NCBI GenBank assembly: GCA_964532325.1
Contig: CAZHGS010000013.1
Location: 3,396 to 67,395 of the forward strand
Source of the DNA: an uncultured Gemmatimonadaceae bacterium
GTDB taxonomy: Bacteria > Gemmatimonadota > Gemmatimonadetes > Longimicrobiales > Gaopeijiaceae
Length of the DNA stretch: 64,000 nt
Reading direction: 5' to 3'
The notes under the pieces were generated by a model. It was not told where the DNA came from and searched no databases. It was given only the letters and a program-made list of their open reading frames with translations. Every line of letters starts with the position of its first letter. The first letter of the stretch is position 1. The translations under genes were made by a program, and so were the position numbers. This document shows, piece after piece, positions 26,678 through 36,057 of this stretch.

Positions 26678-29356
26678 CTAGTTCGAACCCCAGCTGTAGT
26701 TCACGCGCGCGTAGTAGTAGGAGCCGTTGAAGCCGAACGGCCCGAACTGCCCGTAGTCGTTCCCGGTCCCCCCGGCGGCCAAGGGATGCTTGTCGGGATA
26801 CGTGTTCAGGAGGTTCCGCGCACCGACCGAGAGCGTGAGACCCATGTCGAGCGGAACGCCAACCTCGAGGTCGACGAGCGCCTTGCCCGAATACAGCTCG
26901 TACCTCGGCGACAGGTTCGCGTCGCCGAGTGTCACCGAAGCCCAGTTCCGAGCGTCCTCGCGGTCCCAGTACGAGCCGTAGTAGCTCAGGCGGGAGCTCA
27001 CCGTGAAGAGGTCGGCCGCATGGTTCACGCCGATGTTCCACCGGGCCTCCGGGATTCCGCGCTCAAGCGAGCTCCGGCGGTCATCGTCGATCGTTTCCGA
27101 CGTGAAATCGGTCACCTCGGTCTTCGTGAAGTTGAACACGGCGGTGAAGAGCGTCTGCCCGCCCAGGAGCTCCGTCGCGTACGTGGACACGAGGTCGACA
27201 CCCTGCGTCAGGGTCGCGAAGTCGTTCACGAAGAAACGGAAGGCCTGCAAGTTCGCCGCCTCGGCGAATCCGCCGGCGATGAGAGACTGCGTCTCAGCGG
27301 ATGTCAGCGAGAAGTTCTTCGTAAGAGTGAGCCGGTCGGACACGGTGATCCGGAAGTAGTCGGCGGTGAAGATGAACGGACCGGTGTTGACCACGGAACC
27401 GATCGAGATGCTCGTCGAATTCTCAGGCTCGAGGTCCGTGCCCTCTCGGAGCAACGCGGGGGGCGAGGTCGATGGGATCGTGCCGTTGTTGACCAGGTCT
27501 CCGAGATCGAAGTCATACTCGGTCGTCACGTTGAAGGCGTTCTGCTGGCCCGGTGTCGGTGCGCGGAATCCAGTACTGACCGCACCGCGGAGGGCCATCG
27601 CCTGCGAGAGCGCCACGCGAGCCGAGACCTTCCCGTTCAGCGTCGTCCCGAACCCGTCGAAGTTCTCGAAGCGGAGAGCGCCGCCCAGGTTCCAAGCTTC
27701 GTCATCCCCGCGAAGTTCGACGTCACCGTAGAGCGCGATATTGGCGCGGGCCCAGGTGCCGGAGTTCTCGGGCCGTGTCCCGTTATACCCGTTCGAGCCC
27801 GAGCTGAAACCCTGCTGGGCATACGGACCGATATCCCAGGAGGCCCGATCGCCAGCGCCAAGGTGGTACTCCTCCTCACGCCACTCGGCCCCGGCCGCGA
27901 TGTTGACCATCTCGCTCACGGCGTACGAGGTGTCCAGGTTGAAGCCGAGAGCGGTCTGCCGAAGGAGGTTCGGGCGGAAACTCGTCGGGCTCTGCGGCCC
28001 CATGGAGGCGTTGACCGTGTCGAAGATGAAGGTGTCGACGCTGTTCCGGCCCCAGTTCATGCTCAGGTCCCAGTCCAGATTCGCGAACATCAGACCTCGG
28101 AGCCCCGTCACCACGGAGGCATCGAAGACATCGCCGCCGAACTGGGGAGTGAACCCACCCCGGAGCCCGTTCGGGGCCCCCACGAAGGGCTCGTGGAAGG
28201 TGAAGCAGTTCGGATCGTTCGCGACCCGCGCGGCGGCCGCCGGGTCCGGCTGGTTGTTGATGACCCGGACTGTCGGACAATTCGCCGTTCCTGAGCCGTT
28301 CGCCTCGAGCACATCGCCGACCAGGAGCGTCCGGCCGCCGTCACCGCTGAAGACGGCACCGCGGGTGTACGGGTTCCGGAAGTAGAAGCCGCCGGTCACC
28401 TTCTTCGTGTGGTAGTTCGTGTGCCCGTACCACTGCAGCTGGTCGTTGAAGACGGTCCCGAAGTTCCCGAACAGCTTGAGGTCGTCCTCGATGAGGGGGG
28501 AACCCCAAACCTGTGCGGTGTTGCGGACGAATGTGTTGCCGGCCGAACGGATGCCTGCCGCGTCGTTTCGCTGGATGGCCCGGTTCGTCGGATCCGTGCC
28601 GCCGTACTCGAAGCTCAGGTTCGCGAACCCGGTCCCGCCGAGGGGAAGGCCCACATTGCCCGAGACGGCATACTGGTTCGCCCTCCCGTCGATCCCGTTG
28701 CAGGAGGTCCCGATCGAGCCGCAGGTCGCGGCCGCTCCGGTGTTCTCGTCAAGGTGGGTGCCGCCACGCACCTCGATGCTTCCCCCGGAACGGGCGTTTT
28801 TCAGCTGGAAGTTGAGCACGCCCGCGATGGCGTCGGAGCCGTACTGCGCCGACGCCCCGTCGCGAAGAACCTCGACCTGATCGATGGCAACCGCCGGAAT
28901 GACCGACATGTCGGGGCCCTGCGAACCGTCTGCGATCCCGTTTCCGAGCCAGGTGATGACCGCCGCCCGGTGACGCCGCTTCCCGTTGACCAAGATCAGT
29001 GTGTGATCCGGCGCCAGGCTGCGCAGGTTGACGGGCCGCACGATCGAGGCCGCGTCGCTGATCGGTTGCGCGTTCACGTTGAACGACGGAACGAGCGCGC
29101 GAAGCTGGTTGGTGAGGTCCGACTCGCCCTGACGCAGGAAGTCCTGGACCGGAACCACATCGACCGGCACTGCCGATACCGTCACGGACCGCGGCTGGGC
29201 GCGGCTCCCGACCGCGACGATCGGATCGAGAATGAAGGTGGGGGTCTCCTCTTCCTGCTCCTGCAGGCCCTGCAGGCCCGCGACCGGCATCAGGGCAGCG
29301 AACGCGGCTGCGGTCGCTATCGCGACCACACTTGAGCGACATTTCATCCTTTCCAT
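26678..29356 (-). CDS. TonB-dependent receptor
   Basis: Signal peptide. Plug-like N-terminus (ILDPIVAVGSRAQPRSV..VPVDVV, IEVLRDGASAQYGSDAIAGVLNF). An 892-aa barrel with a C-terminal aromatic-rich strand (YYYARVNYSWGSN). Confidence 0.9.
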   Translation of the reverse strand: MERMKCRSSVVAIATAAAFAALMPVAGLQGLQEQEEETPTFILDPIVAVGSRAQPRSVTVSAVPVDVVPVQDFLRQGESDLTNQLRALVPSFNVNAQPISDAASIVRPVNLRSLAPDHTLILVNGKRRHRAAVITWLGNGIADGSQGPDMSVIPAVAIDQVEVLRDGASAQYGSDAIAGVLNFQLKNARSGGSIEVRGGTHLDENTGAAATCGSIGTSCNGIDGRANQYAVSGNVGLPLGGTGFANLSFEYGGTDPTNRAIQRNDAAGIRSAGNTFVRNTAQVWGSPLIEDDLKLFGNFGTVFNDQLQWYGHTNYHTKKVTGGFYFRNPYTRGAVFSGDGGRTLLVGDVLEANGSGTANCPTVRVINNQPDPAAAARVANDPNCFTFHEPFVGAPNGLRGGFTPQFGGDVFDASVVTGLRGLMFANLDWDLSMNWGRNSVDTFIFDTVNASMGPQSPTSFRPNLLRQTALGFNLDTSYAVSEMVNIAAGAEWREEEYHLGAGDRASWDIGPYAQQGFSSGSNGYNGTRPENSGTWARANIALYGDVELRGDDEAWNLGGALRFENFDGFGTTLNGKVSARVALSQAMALRGAVSTGFRAPTPGQQNAFNVTTEYDFDLGDLVNNGTIPSTSPPALLREGTDLEPENSTSISIGSVVNTGPFIFTADYFRITVSDRLTLTKNFSLTSAETQSLIAGGFAEAANLQAFRFFVNDFATLTQGVDLVSTYATELLGGQTLFTAVFNFTKTEVTDFTSETIDDDRRSSLERGIPEARWNIGVNHAADLFTVSSRLSYYGSYWDREDARNWASVTLGDANLSPRYELYSGKALVDLEVGVPLDMGLTLSVGARNLLNTYPDKHPLAAGGTGNDYGQFGPFGFNGSYYYARVNYSWGSN

Positions 29357-29383
29357 GCGTCAAACCCCCTTCAGGTGAAGTCC

Positions 29384-29416
29384 GGGCCGGGGTCGGGCCC
29401 ATCGAAGCCCCGGCCC
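29384..29416 (-). other. Stem-loop between the ABC-3 operon stop and the TonB-dependent receptor start (terminator or leader structure)
   Basis: GGGCCGGGG (29384-29392) pairs with CCCCGGCCC (29408-29416). It lies 27 nt upstream of the receptor ATG and about 97 nt downstream of the permease stop. Confidence 0.4.
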
Positions 29417-29512
29417 CATACGTCTGGTACACTACAAGGCGCGCCGACAAACTTCAACCTGTATCGGCGAAATCTTTGAGAGGTCAAACAATACGGTCCG
29501 AGGCCGCCGCAT

Positions 29513-30625
29513 CTATCTCGTCATCTGGTGTCGGGCAGCCTCCCGGCCGAGGGGAGTCAGCCTGAGCAGGTCGCCCCTGTCCCGGACGATTAGCCCTTGG
29601 CGCTCGGCGTACCAGATCACCCTGGGAGCAAAGTCGCCCGACCACCGGAAGTGCTCCTGAAGGTGTGCTTTGCGGCTTTCCCGTTCCGCGGAAGGGCCGC
29701 CTTCGTGGTGAAGCAGGTGCGTCGTGAGCATTACGCTCGCGAACGCCAGCTTCTGGCGAGCCCGACGGCGCATCCCGGCAACGATCCCACGATCCGGGGC
29801 AAAGAGAAGGACGGCGAGGAAGACGACGCCCGACATGCTCGCCATTGAACCGGCGATTGAAACATCGGCGGCCCGGGCGAGCCAATAGCCGGCAAGCGCG
29901 GCCAGCGTCCCGAGCGCACCGCTCAGCAGGAGAAGGCGTGGCAGGTGATTCGTGAGGAGATACGCGGCAGCGGGGGGAGCGATCATCAGGGCCACGACCA
30001 GGATCGAGCCCACAGCATCGAACGCCCCCACAGCAGTGGCCGACACAAGGGTCATGAAGCCGTAGTGGACCAACGCCGGCGAGAACCCGAGAGCGTGGGC
30101 AAGGCCGACGTCGAAGGTGGCGAGCTTGAGTTCCTTGAAGAAGACCGTGATGACGACGAGGTTCGCGGCAAGGAGTGCCCCCATCAGCCAGAGACTCCGC
30201 GGACCGAGATCCGCCCCGCCGATCTGGACGCGGCGAAAGGGAGCGAAGGCGATCTCGCCGAGAAGGACGGCATCCAGGTCGAGATGGACATCTTCGGCGA
30301 AGCGGGAGATCAGGATGACGGCGATCGAGAAGAGCGCCGGGAAGACGAGCGCGATGGCCGCATCTTCCTTGACGCGCCCGGTCCGGTGGAGGAGTTCGAC
30401 CAGTGCTACCGTGAGCACGCCCGTCGCCGTGGCGGCACCGACGAGGAGCGGAGAGGTGATATCCTCGGCGATGAAGAACCCGAGCACGATGCCGAGCAGG
30501 ATCGAGTGCGAGATCGCGTCGCTCACCAGCGCCATCCGACGAAGCACGAGAAAGACTCCCGGAAGTGCGCAGCTCACCGCTACGACGACAGCCAGAAGCT
30601 GGATCTCGATGTCGGCTACCGTCAC
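29513..30625 (-). CDS. ABC-3 family metal (Mn/Zn/Fe) ABC transporter permease with C-terminal winged-helix-like tail
   Basis: GTGA overlap start at 30625. Typical ABC-3 blocks (LVSDAISHSILLGIVLGF, multiple TM helices). An extra roughly 90-aa tail ends ...VIWYAERQGLIVRDRGDLLRLTPLGREAARHQM. Confidence 0.85.
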   Translation of the reverse strand: MTVADIEIQLLAVVVAVSCALPGVFLVLRRMALVSDAISHSILLGIVLGFFIAEDITSPLLVGAATATGVLTVALVELLHRTGRVKEDAAIALVFPALFSIAVILISRFAEDVHLDLDAVLLGEIAFAPFRRVQIGGADLGPRSLWLMGALLAANLVVITVFFKELKLATFDVGLAHALGFSPALVHYGFMTLVSATAVGAFDAVGSILVVALMIAPPAAAYLLTNHLPRLLLLSGALGTLAALAGYWLARAADVSIAGSMASMSGVVFLAVLLFAPDRGIVAGMRRRARQKLAFASVMLTTHLLHHEGGPSAERESRKAHLQEHFRWSGDFAPRVIWYAERQGLIVRDRGDLLRLTPLGREAARHQMTR

Positions 30626-31788
30626 CGTCCCTGCCCGGCCGCCGGTGGCGCGTCCGCTTCGAACTCCGCCCGGAACCCCTCCCGGGCACGCGCCGCTCCC
30701 GCCGTCGTGAGAGACCATTCGCCCGGTCGAGCTTCACGGGCCCAACCGTCCGCCTCAAGCCGCCGCAGACTTCGCTCCACACCACCATTGGTGCTATGCA
30801 TCGCCTTAAGCACGGCGACGGGATGCGGGTGTCCGGTCCGTCCGGGGTGCTGACACGCAAGCGCGTAGAGGTCCGCGAGCACACCGTCCGCACGGACACG
30901 CCGCCGCGTTCGAGCATCGCGGACGAGGCGGGAGGCCAGACCCCGCTCCGGAGCAGCGAGCAGCGAGAAGACCACGGCGCCGGTCGCAATGAGTACGATT
31001 GTCGGCCCTGTCGGAATCCCGCTCGCGAACGAACTCAGGAGCGCACCGCCTGCGCCAGCGATGGCACCCAGGACGCCGGCCAGTCCCACCATGACGGAGA
31101 GTGAGTTCGTCCACTGCCGCGCCGCCGCCGCAGGCGCGACAATCAACGCGCTCATCAGCACCACGCCAACGGCCTGGAGCCCCAGGACGATGGCTGCAAC
31201 GAGGAGTCCCGTCAGGAGCAGATCGAGCCGGGTAGCCGACAGGCCGATCGAGACCCCGAACTCCCTGTCGAACGTCAGGAGCTTGAACTCCTTCCAGAGG
31301 AGCGCGAGGACGAGAACCGCAGAAGCCCCAACCACCACGATCAGAGCCACGTCCCGTTCGAGAAGTGTTGCAGCCTGACCGAAGAGAAAGGTCTCGAGGC
31401 CCGCCTGGGCGGCGGTGGGCCGCCGCTGGGCGAGTGTGAGCACCACGAGTCCGAACCCGAAGAAGACCGAGAGCACGATACCGAGTGCAGCGTCCTCGGG
31501 GATCCGCGAATTCCTAACGATCCCCAGCACGAAGAGCGTCCCGAGCCAGCCCGCGAGCGCCGCTCCGAGGACGAGAACCGGCATCGCCCGGTTCCCCGTC
31601 AGGAGGAATGCCAAGCCGATCCCCGGAAGCGCCGCATGGGAAATTGCGTCCCCGAGCAGACTCTGTCGTCTGAGCAGCGCGAAACATCCCAGCGCTCCGG
31701 CCAGCGCTCCGAGTGCGGCCGACCCGATCGACACCGTGCGAATGGTATAGTCCGTGAGAACGAGACCGACGAACTCGCCCGGGCTCAA
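30622..31788 (-). CDS. ABC-3 family metal ABC transporter permease with C-terminal winged-helix-like tail
   Basis: ABC-3 blocks ([20 protein letters not shown]). A roughly 100-aa tail contains [32 protein letters not shown]. Confidence 0.85.
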   Translation of the reverse strand: MSPGEFVGLVLTDYTIRTVSIGSAALGALAGALGCFALLRRQSLLGDAISHAALPGIGLAFLLTGNRAMPVLVLGAALAGWLGTLFVLGIVRNSRIPEDAALGIVLSVFFGFGLVVLTLAQRRPTAAQAGLETFLFGQAATLLERDVALIVVVGASAVLVLALLWKEFKLLTFDREFGVSIGLSATRLDLLLTGLLVAAIVLGLQAVGVVLMSALIVAPAAAARQWTNSLSVMVGLAGVLGAIAGAGGALLSSFASGIPTGPTIVLIATGAVVFSLLAAPERGLASRLVRDARTRRRVRADGVLADLYALACQHPGRTGHPHPVAVLKAMHSTNGGVERSLRRLEADGWAREARPGEWSLTTAGAARAREGFRAEFEADAPPAAGQGR

Positions 31789-32540
31789 GGCTCCCCCTGC
31801 CCCGCCACCGCCTGCAGAAACGGGACCCGCCCCCCGTAGGTCGCCCGGAGATTCTCCTCGGTGAAAACATCCTCCACACTGCCGGATGCCACCTTCCGGA
31901 CATTCAGCAGCACGACGTCGTCGAAGTACTCGGGGACGCTCTGAAGAGCATGGTGGACCGCGACCACCGTCCGACCCTGCGTCCTGATTTCCTTGAGGAC
32001 ATCCACGATCGCCCGTTCCGTGCGGGCATCGACGCCCTGGAAGGGCTCGTCCATCAGATACAGCCGGGCATTCTGGATCAGGGCCCGCGCAAGGAAGACC
32101 CGCTGCTGCTGACCGCCCGAGAGCTGGCTGATCTGCCGGTCCCGAAAGGCCTCGAGACCGACCTTCTCAAGGGCCTCGACGGCCGCTGCTCGCTCCCTGA
32201 CACCGGGCCGGCGGACCCAGCCCAGCGCGCCGTAACTCCCCATCAGCACCACGTCGATCACTGAAGTCGGGAAATCCCAGTCAACCGAACCCCGCTGCGG
32301 CACGTAGGCCACGTCCCGCCTCGCCTCGCGGTACCTGCGGCCCAGCACCCGTACCCGCCCAGCAGCGAGCGGCACGAGCCCGATGATGGACTTGATGAGC
32401 GTCGTCTTCCCGGCGCCGTTCGGACCCACGACGGCGGTGAGGGCACCCGCACGCACGGTCAGGTCGATGTCCCAGAGGACCGGGTGCTGGCGGTAGGCGA
32501 CAGTGAGATCGTCGATCTCGACGACGGCGGGCGCGCTCAA
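31785..32540 (-). CDS. Metal ABC transporter ATP-binding protein
   Basis: Walker [10 protein letters not shown], signature LSGGQQQR, Walker [13 protein letters not shown]. 4-nt overlaps with both neighbours. Confidence 0.9.
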   Translation of the reverse strand: MSAPAVVEIDDLTVAYRQHPVLWDIDLTVRAGALTAVVGPNGAGKTTLIKSIIGLVPLAAGRVRVLGRRYREARRDVAYVPQRGSVDWDFPTSVIDVVLMGSYGALGWVRRPGVRERAAAVEALEKVGLEAFRDRQISQLSGGQQQRVFLARALIQNARLYLMDEPFQGVDARTERAIVDVLKEIRTQGRTVVAVHHALQSVPEYFDDVVLLNVRKVASGSVEDVFTEENLRATYGGRVPFLQAVAGQGEP

Positions 32541-33490
32541 CCGTCCTCCGCAAGCCCTCTCGGCCTGAGAAGCACCCCGACGATTGTGTCGACGTTGTGG
32601 CGCACCATGCCCGGATAGGTGCCCTCCCCGGTTCCCGGATCACCCATCGCGTCGGAGAAGAGCGTCCCGCCGATCTCGACATGCCTCCCGCGGGCGCGCA
32701 CCGCCGCCTGTACCGCCTCGATCGTCCGGACGGGAATCGAGGATTCCACGAAGATCGCGGGCACCCCGGTCTCCAAGATGAGGCTGACGAGGCGGCCAAC
32801 GTCGCCGGCTCCCGCCTCGGCGGCGGTGGAAAGTCCGAGCAGTCCCTCCACCCGGAAGCCGTAGGCCTTCCCGAAATAGTTGAAGGCGTCATGCGCTGTA
32901 ACGAGAACGCGGTGCTCCTCGGGGACTTCCGCGACCCGTTCGCGGATCCACGAATCCAGCTGCTCGAGTTCGCGAGTCAGCACGTCGGCGTTCGTACGGT
33001 AGCCGGGGCCACCCGCCGGATCGACCTCCTCGAGCGTCCAGGCCACCGTACCCACCGCGTGAATCCAGAGCGATACATCAAACCAGACGTGCGGATCGAA
33101 CTGCCCGGGAAACCCGGGCGGCGAGAGAAGCCGTCCGGACGGAATCCCCCCGGTGACCGCCTGCGTCCGCACCCGGCCATCCATCTCGCCGAGCACTTCG
33201 CCCATCGCAGCCTCGAGGTGAAGCCCGTTATAGAAAATCAGGTCGGCCATGGAGAGCGTGCGCACGTCCCCGGCGCTCGCCTTGTACAGGTGAGGGTCGA
33301 TGCCCGGCCCCATGAGGCCCGTCACCCGCACCCGCTCACCCCCCACCCTTGCCACGATGTCGGTGATCATCCCGGTGGTGGTGACTACATCGAGGCGCCT
33401 CTCCTCGCCCGACCGGGCGGGAGCACACGCCAAGACACCCGTCAGCAGGGCCACAAGCGTGGGCAGTACCCTGAACGCGAGTCGAGTCAT
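32537..33490 (-). CDS. Metal ABC transporter substrate-binding lipoprotein (ZnuA/MntC/TroA cluster 9 family)
   Basis: Lipobox LTGVLAC. GIDPHLY, DPHVW and TAHDAFNYF blocks are typical of cluster A-I metal SBPs. Start chosen at ATG 33490. Confidence 0.85.
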   Translation of the reverse strand: MTRLAFRVLPTLVALLTGVLACAPARSGEERRLDVVTTTGMITDIVARVGGERVRVTGLMGPGIDPHLYKASAGDVRTLSMADLIFYNGLHLEAAMGEVLGEMDGRVRTQAVTGGIPSGRLLSPPGFPGQFDPHVWFDVSLWIHAVGTVAWTLEEVDPAGGPGYRTNADVLTRELEQLDSWIRERVAEVPEEHRVLVTAHDAFNYFGKAYGFRVEGLLGLSTAAEAGAGDVGRLVSLILETGVPAIFVESSIPVRTIEAVQAAVRARGRHVEIGGTLFSDAMGDPGTGEGTYPGMVRHNVDTIVGVLLRPRGLAEDG

Positions 33491-33540
33491 GGCATCTCGT
33501 AGGGATCTCGGTGCCGAGCCCAGGTTGCCCGGCACAACGG

Positions 33541-33584
33541 TAATTTAGGCAAGCCTAAAATTAAATTTAGGCTTGTCTAAATAT
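33541..33584. promoter_or_regulatory. AT-rich double palindrome resembling DtxR/IdeR/MntR-family operators
   Basis: TTAGGC-AA-GCCTAA (33545-33558) and TTAGGC-TT-GTCTAA (33567-33580), 22 bp apart centre to centre. This is the only strongly AT-rich island in the window, immediately upstream of the metal ABC operon and divergent from murB. Confidence 0.5.
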
Positions 33585-33761
33585 CGACCGGGACGCAGAT
33601 ACGTCAAGACGTTACGAGCGCGCGGGAACCGCTGGGCCGCCGGGCCACCAACGCCCGGCGCCGGGACCGGCCCCGCCAGTCGACGGAGGGCGTAACGGCG
33701 CGCCAGGGGGCAGGCGGATCAAGTGTACCCGCGGCGGGCGACTCGATACCTTCCGTGCGGA

Positions 33762-34709
33762 ATGAAACGCCAGTGCAGCTATCCGACGTCGGCCCTGGAA
33801 GACCGGCTTGAGGGCGCCACACTCGAGTTCCAGGTTCCGCTCGCGCCGCTCACCACATTCCTCATCGGCGGGCCGGCGGACCTCTTCGTGCGTGCGCTGA
33901 CGGCGGAGCAGCTCGCGGCCGCGGTGTCGGCGGCTCGAGAGCTGGGAATCCCGTACTTCCTCCTCGGACGGGGCGCCAACATTCTCGTTTCCGACGCGGG
34001 ATTCCGGGGCCTCGTCGTGCAGAGCGCCGTCGACGGGATCCGGTTCCTCGATCCGGTTCGCGTCGAGGCTGGCGCCGGCGTGCACACCTTCCGCGATCTC
34101 ATCGAAGCCACAGTGTCGCGCGGGCTCGGGGGATTGCACCATTACGTCGGGATCCCGAGCACCGTCGGCGGTGCCCTCTGGCAGAATCTCCACTTCCTCT
34201 CGCCGTCCCGCGCGCGGACCGTGTTCATCGAGGAGGTTGTCGAATCCGCGTGCCTCCTCACGGAGGAGGGCACGCTGGCGACGGTCGGAGTGGAGTACTT
34301 CGAGTTCGGTTACGACGAATCCGTCCTCCACCGCCGTGACGACACCGTGCTCACGGCGACCTTCCGGCTCGAACCAGCTCCCGAAGCGGAGCTCCGGCGG
34401 GTCATGCGGGAAAACCTGGCGTGGCGCGACGATCGCCACCCCGACCTCTCCCTATACCCATGCGTGGGATCGGTCTTCCGGAAGGTGGAGGGCATCGGCG
34501 CGGGGCGCCTGATCGACGAGTGCGGCCTGAAGGGCTACGTGAAGGGCCGCGCGGGTATCTTTCACAAGCACGCGAACATCATCGTCAACTTCGGCGGTGC
34601 GAGCGCCCGCGAGGTCTGCCACCTGATCGAACTGGCCGCAGCAACGGTCCGGCGCGAGACAGGATACGAACTCGTACCCGAGATCACCTTTGTGGGAGAC
34701 TTCGGTTAG
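33762..34709 (+). CDS. murB: UDP-N-acetylenolpyruvoylglucosamine reductase
   Basis: PLAPLTTFLIGGPADLF and LLGRGANILVSDAGFRGLVV FAD-binding blocks. C-terminal GSVFRKVEG...AGRLIDECGLKG. Confidence 0.9.
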   Translation: MKRQCSYPTSALEDRLEGATLEFQVPLAPLTTFLIGGPADLFVRALTAEQLAAAVSAARELGIPYFLLGRGANILVSDAGFRGLVVQSAVDGIRFLDPVRVEAGAGVHTFRDLIEATVSRGLGGLHHYVGIPSTVGGALWQNLHFLSPSRARTVFIEEVVESACLLTEEGTLATVGVEYFEFGYDESVLHRRDDTVLTATFRLEPAPEAELRRVMRENLAWRDDRHPDLSLYPCVGSVFRKVEGIGAGRLIDECGLKGYVKGRAGIFHKHANIIVNFGGASAREVCHLIELAAATVRRETGYELVPEITFVGDFG

Positions 34710-34741
34710 GGGATTTTCCCGGGGGAGCGCGGGGGCGGCCC

Positions 34742-35590
34742 CTATCCGCCAGCGTCCTGCTCCCCTGAAGGCGCGAGGGTCTCCACACGCGCCGCGGCCG
34801 CCACCACCCCGGCCGCGAGCGCGGCACTGAAACCCATCCGCTCCATCTCGTTCAGACCGGCGATCGTGCACCCGGCAGGCGTCGTGACCTGGTCGATCTC
34901 CACCTCGGGATGTTCCTGGTTCGCGAGGAGGAGATCGCCGGCGCCTTTGGCGACCTGCGCCGCCATCCGTGTCGCCTGGTCGGCATGGAAGCCGATCTCG
35001 ACGCCGCCCTGCACGGCGCCCCGGATCGCCCGGAGGAAGAAGGCGACGCCCGAGGCGCAGAGCGCAACCGCCGCGTTCATCTGGCCTTCGCCGATCCGGA
35101 CCGTCTCGCCCATCCCCCTGAAGAGCGTCTCCACCTCGGCCACCGCCGCCTCGGATTCCGGGTCAGATGCGAGGCACGTCATGGAGTTCAGGGTCTGGAT
35201 GCCGAGGTTCGGCATCGCCCGCACGATCGGGACTCCCGGGCCCGTAAACCGGCGGAGACGCTCGAGCGGCACGCCGGCAACGGTCGACACGACGGTGTGC
35301 CGTTCCAGATCGAGCGCGGGCCCGAGCTCGGCGAACAGGGCCCCGACGTCAGCCGGTTGCACGCTCACAACCAGTATCTTTGCTGCGCCGGCGGCCGCCG
35401 CGTTGTCGCGCCCGGTCGGGTGGCCGCGGTCCGCGAACCTCGCCAAGGTAGCCGGCTCGAGCGAGGTGAGATGGACCTCCTCCGGCTCGCGGAACCCGGA
35501 CCGCACGATCCCGCGCGCGATCGCCGAGCCGAGGTTCCCGGCCCCGAGCACGGCGACCGGCCAGGCAGTGCTCCTGACACCGTCCTTCAT
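34742..35590 (-). CDS. proC: Pyrroline-5-carboxylate reductase
   Basis: VAVLGAGNLGSAIARGIV Rossmann motif. C-terminal VTTPAGCTIAGLNEME block. ATG 35590. The track ORF adds 71 implausible codons. Confidence 0.9.
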   Translation of the reverse strand: MKDGVRSTAWPVAVLGAGNLGSAIARGIVRSGFREPEEVHLTSLEPATLARFADRGHPTGRDNAAAAGAAKILVVSVQPADVGALFAELGPALDLERHTVVSTVAGVPLERLRRFTGPGVPIVRAMPNLGIQTLNSMTCLASDPESEAAVAEVETLFRGMGETVRIGEGQMNAAVALCASGVAFFLRAIRGAVQGGVEIGFHADQATRMAAQVAKGAGDLLLANQEHPEVEIDQVTTPAGCTIAGLNEMERMGFSAALAAGVVAAAARVETLAPSGEQDAGG

Positions 35591-36057
35591 CTTGTTGCCA
35601 GCCTTCGGCCGGATTCGCCGCCGATCGAGGAGCGGGAGCGCCGGCGTGCGGGTGAATCTCGTGCTCCGAACACGCCGCCCTGCCCAAGAGGCGGCATCCG
35701 GCGTTGTCCGGGGCCCTGCGGACTCAACTACCCACGAGCCGTTGATGGGTCCCGCACGCGGCAGGGGATGCAGCGGTACCGGAACGGGACCTCCGGGCCG
35801 CACGCGCCGCCGAGCCCCGCGTCCGCACCGAAAGCCGAGTGATCAGCTAACGTCCGGGCAGCGTCTCCGACCGCCGATCCCGGCCAATGCCCGATCCGGT
35901 CGGCGCCACCACGGCTCCGCGGGACCCGCGGGGGACAACGCCTCGGGATCCGGGCCGACCAGTCAGCCGAAATGACCGGGAGTCGCTTCCGGCGGATCTT
36001 CTCCCAATGGCACGGCAGGCTGCGGACGCCGGAACTTCCGGCCCCGCCCGGCCCCGG

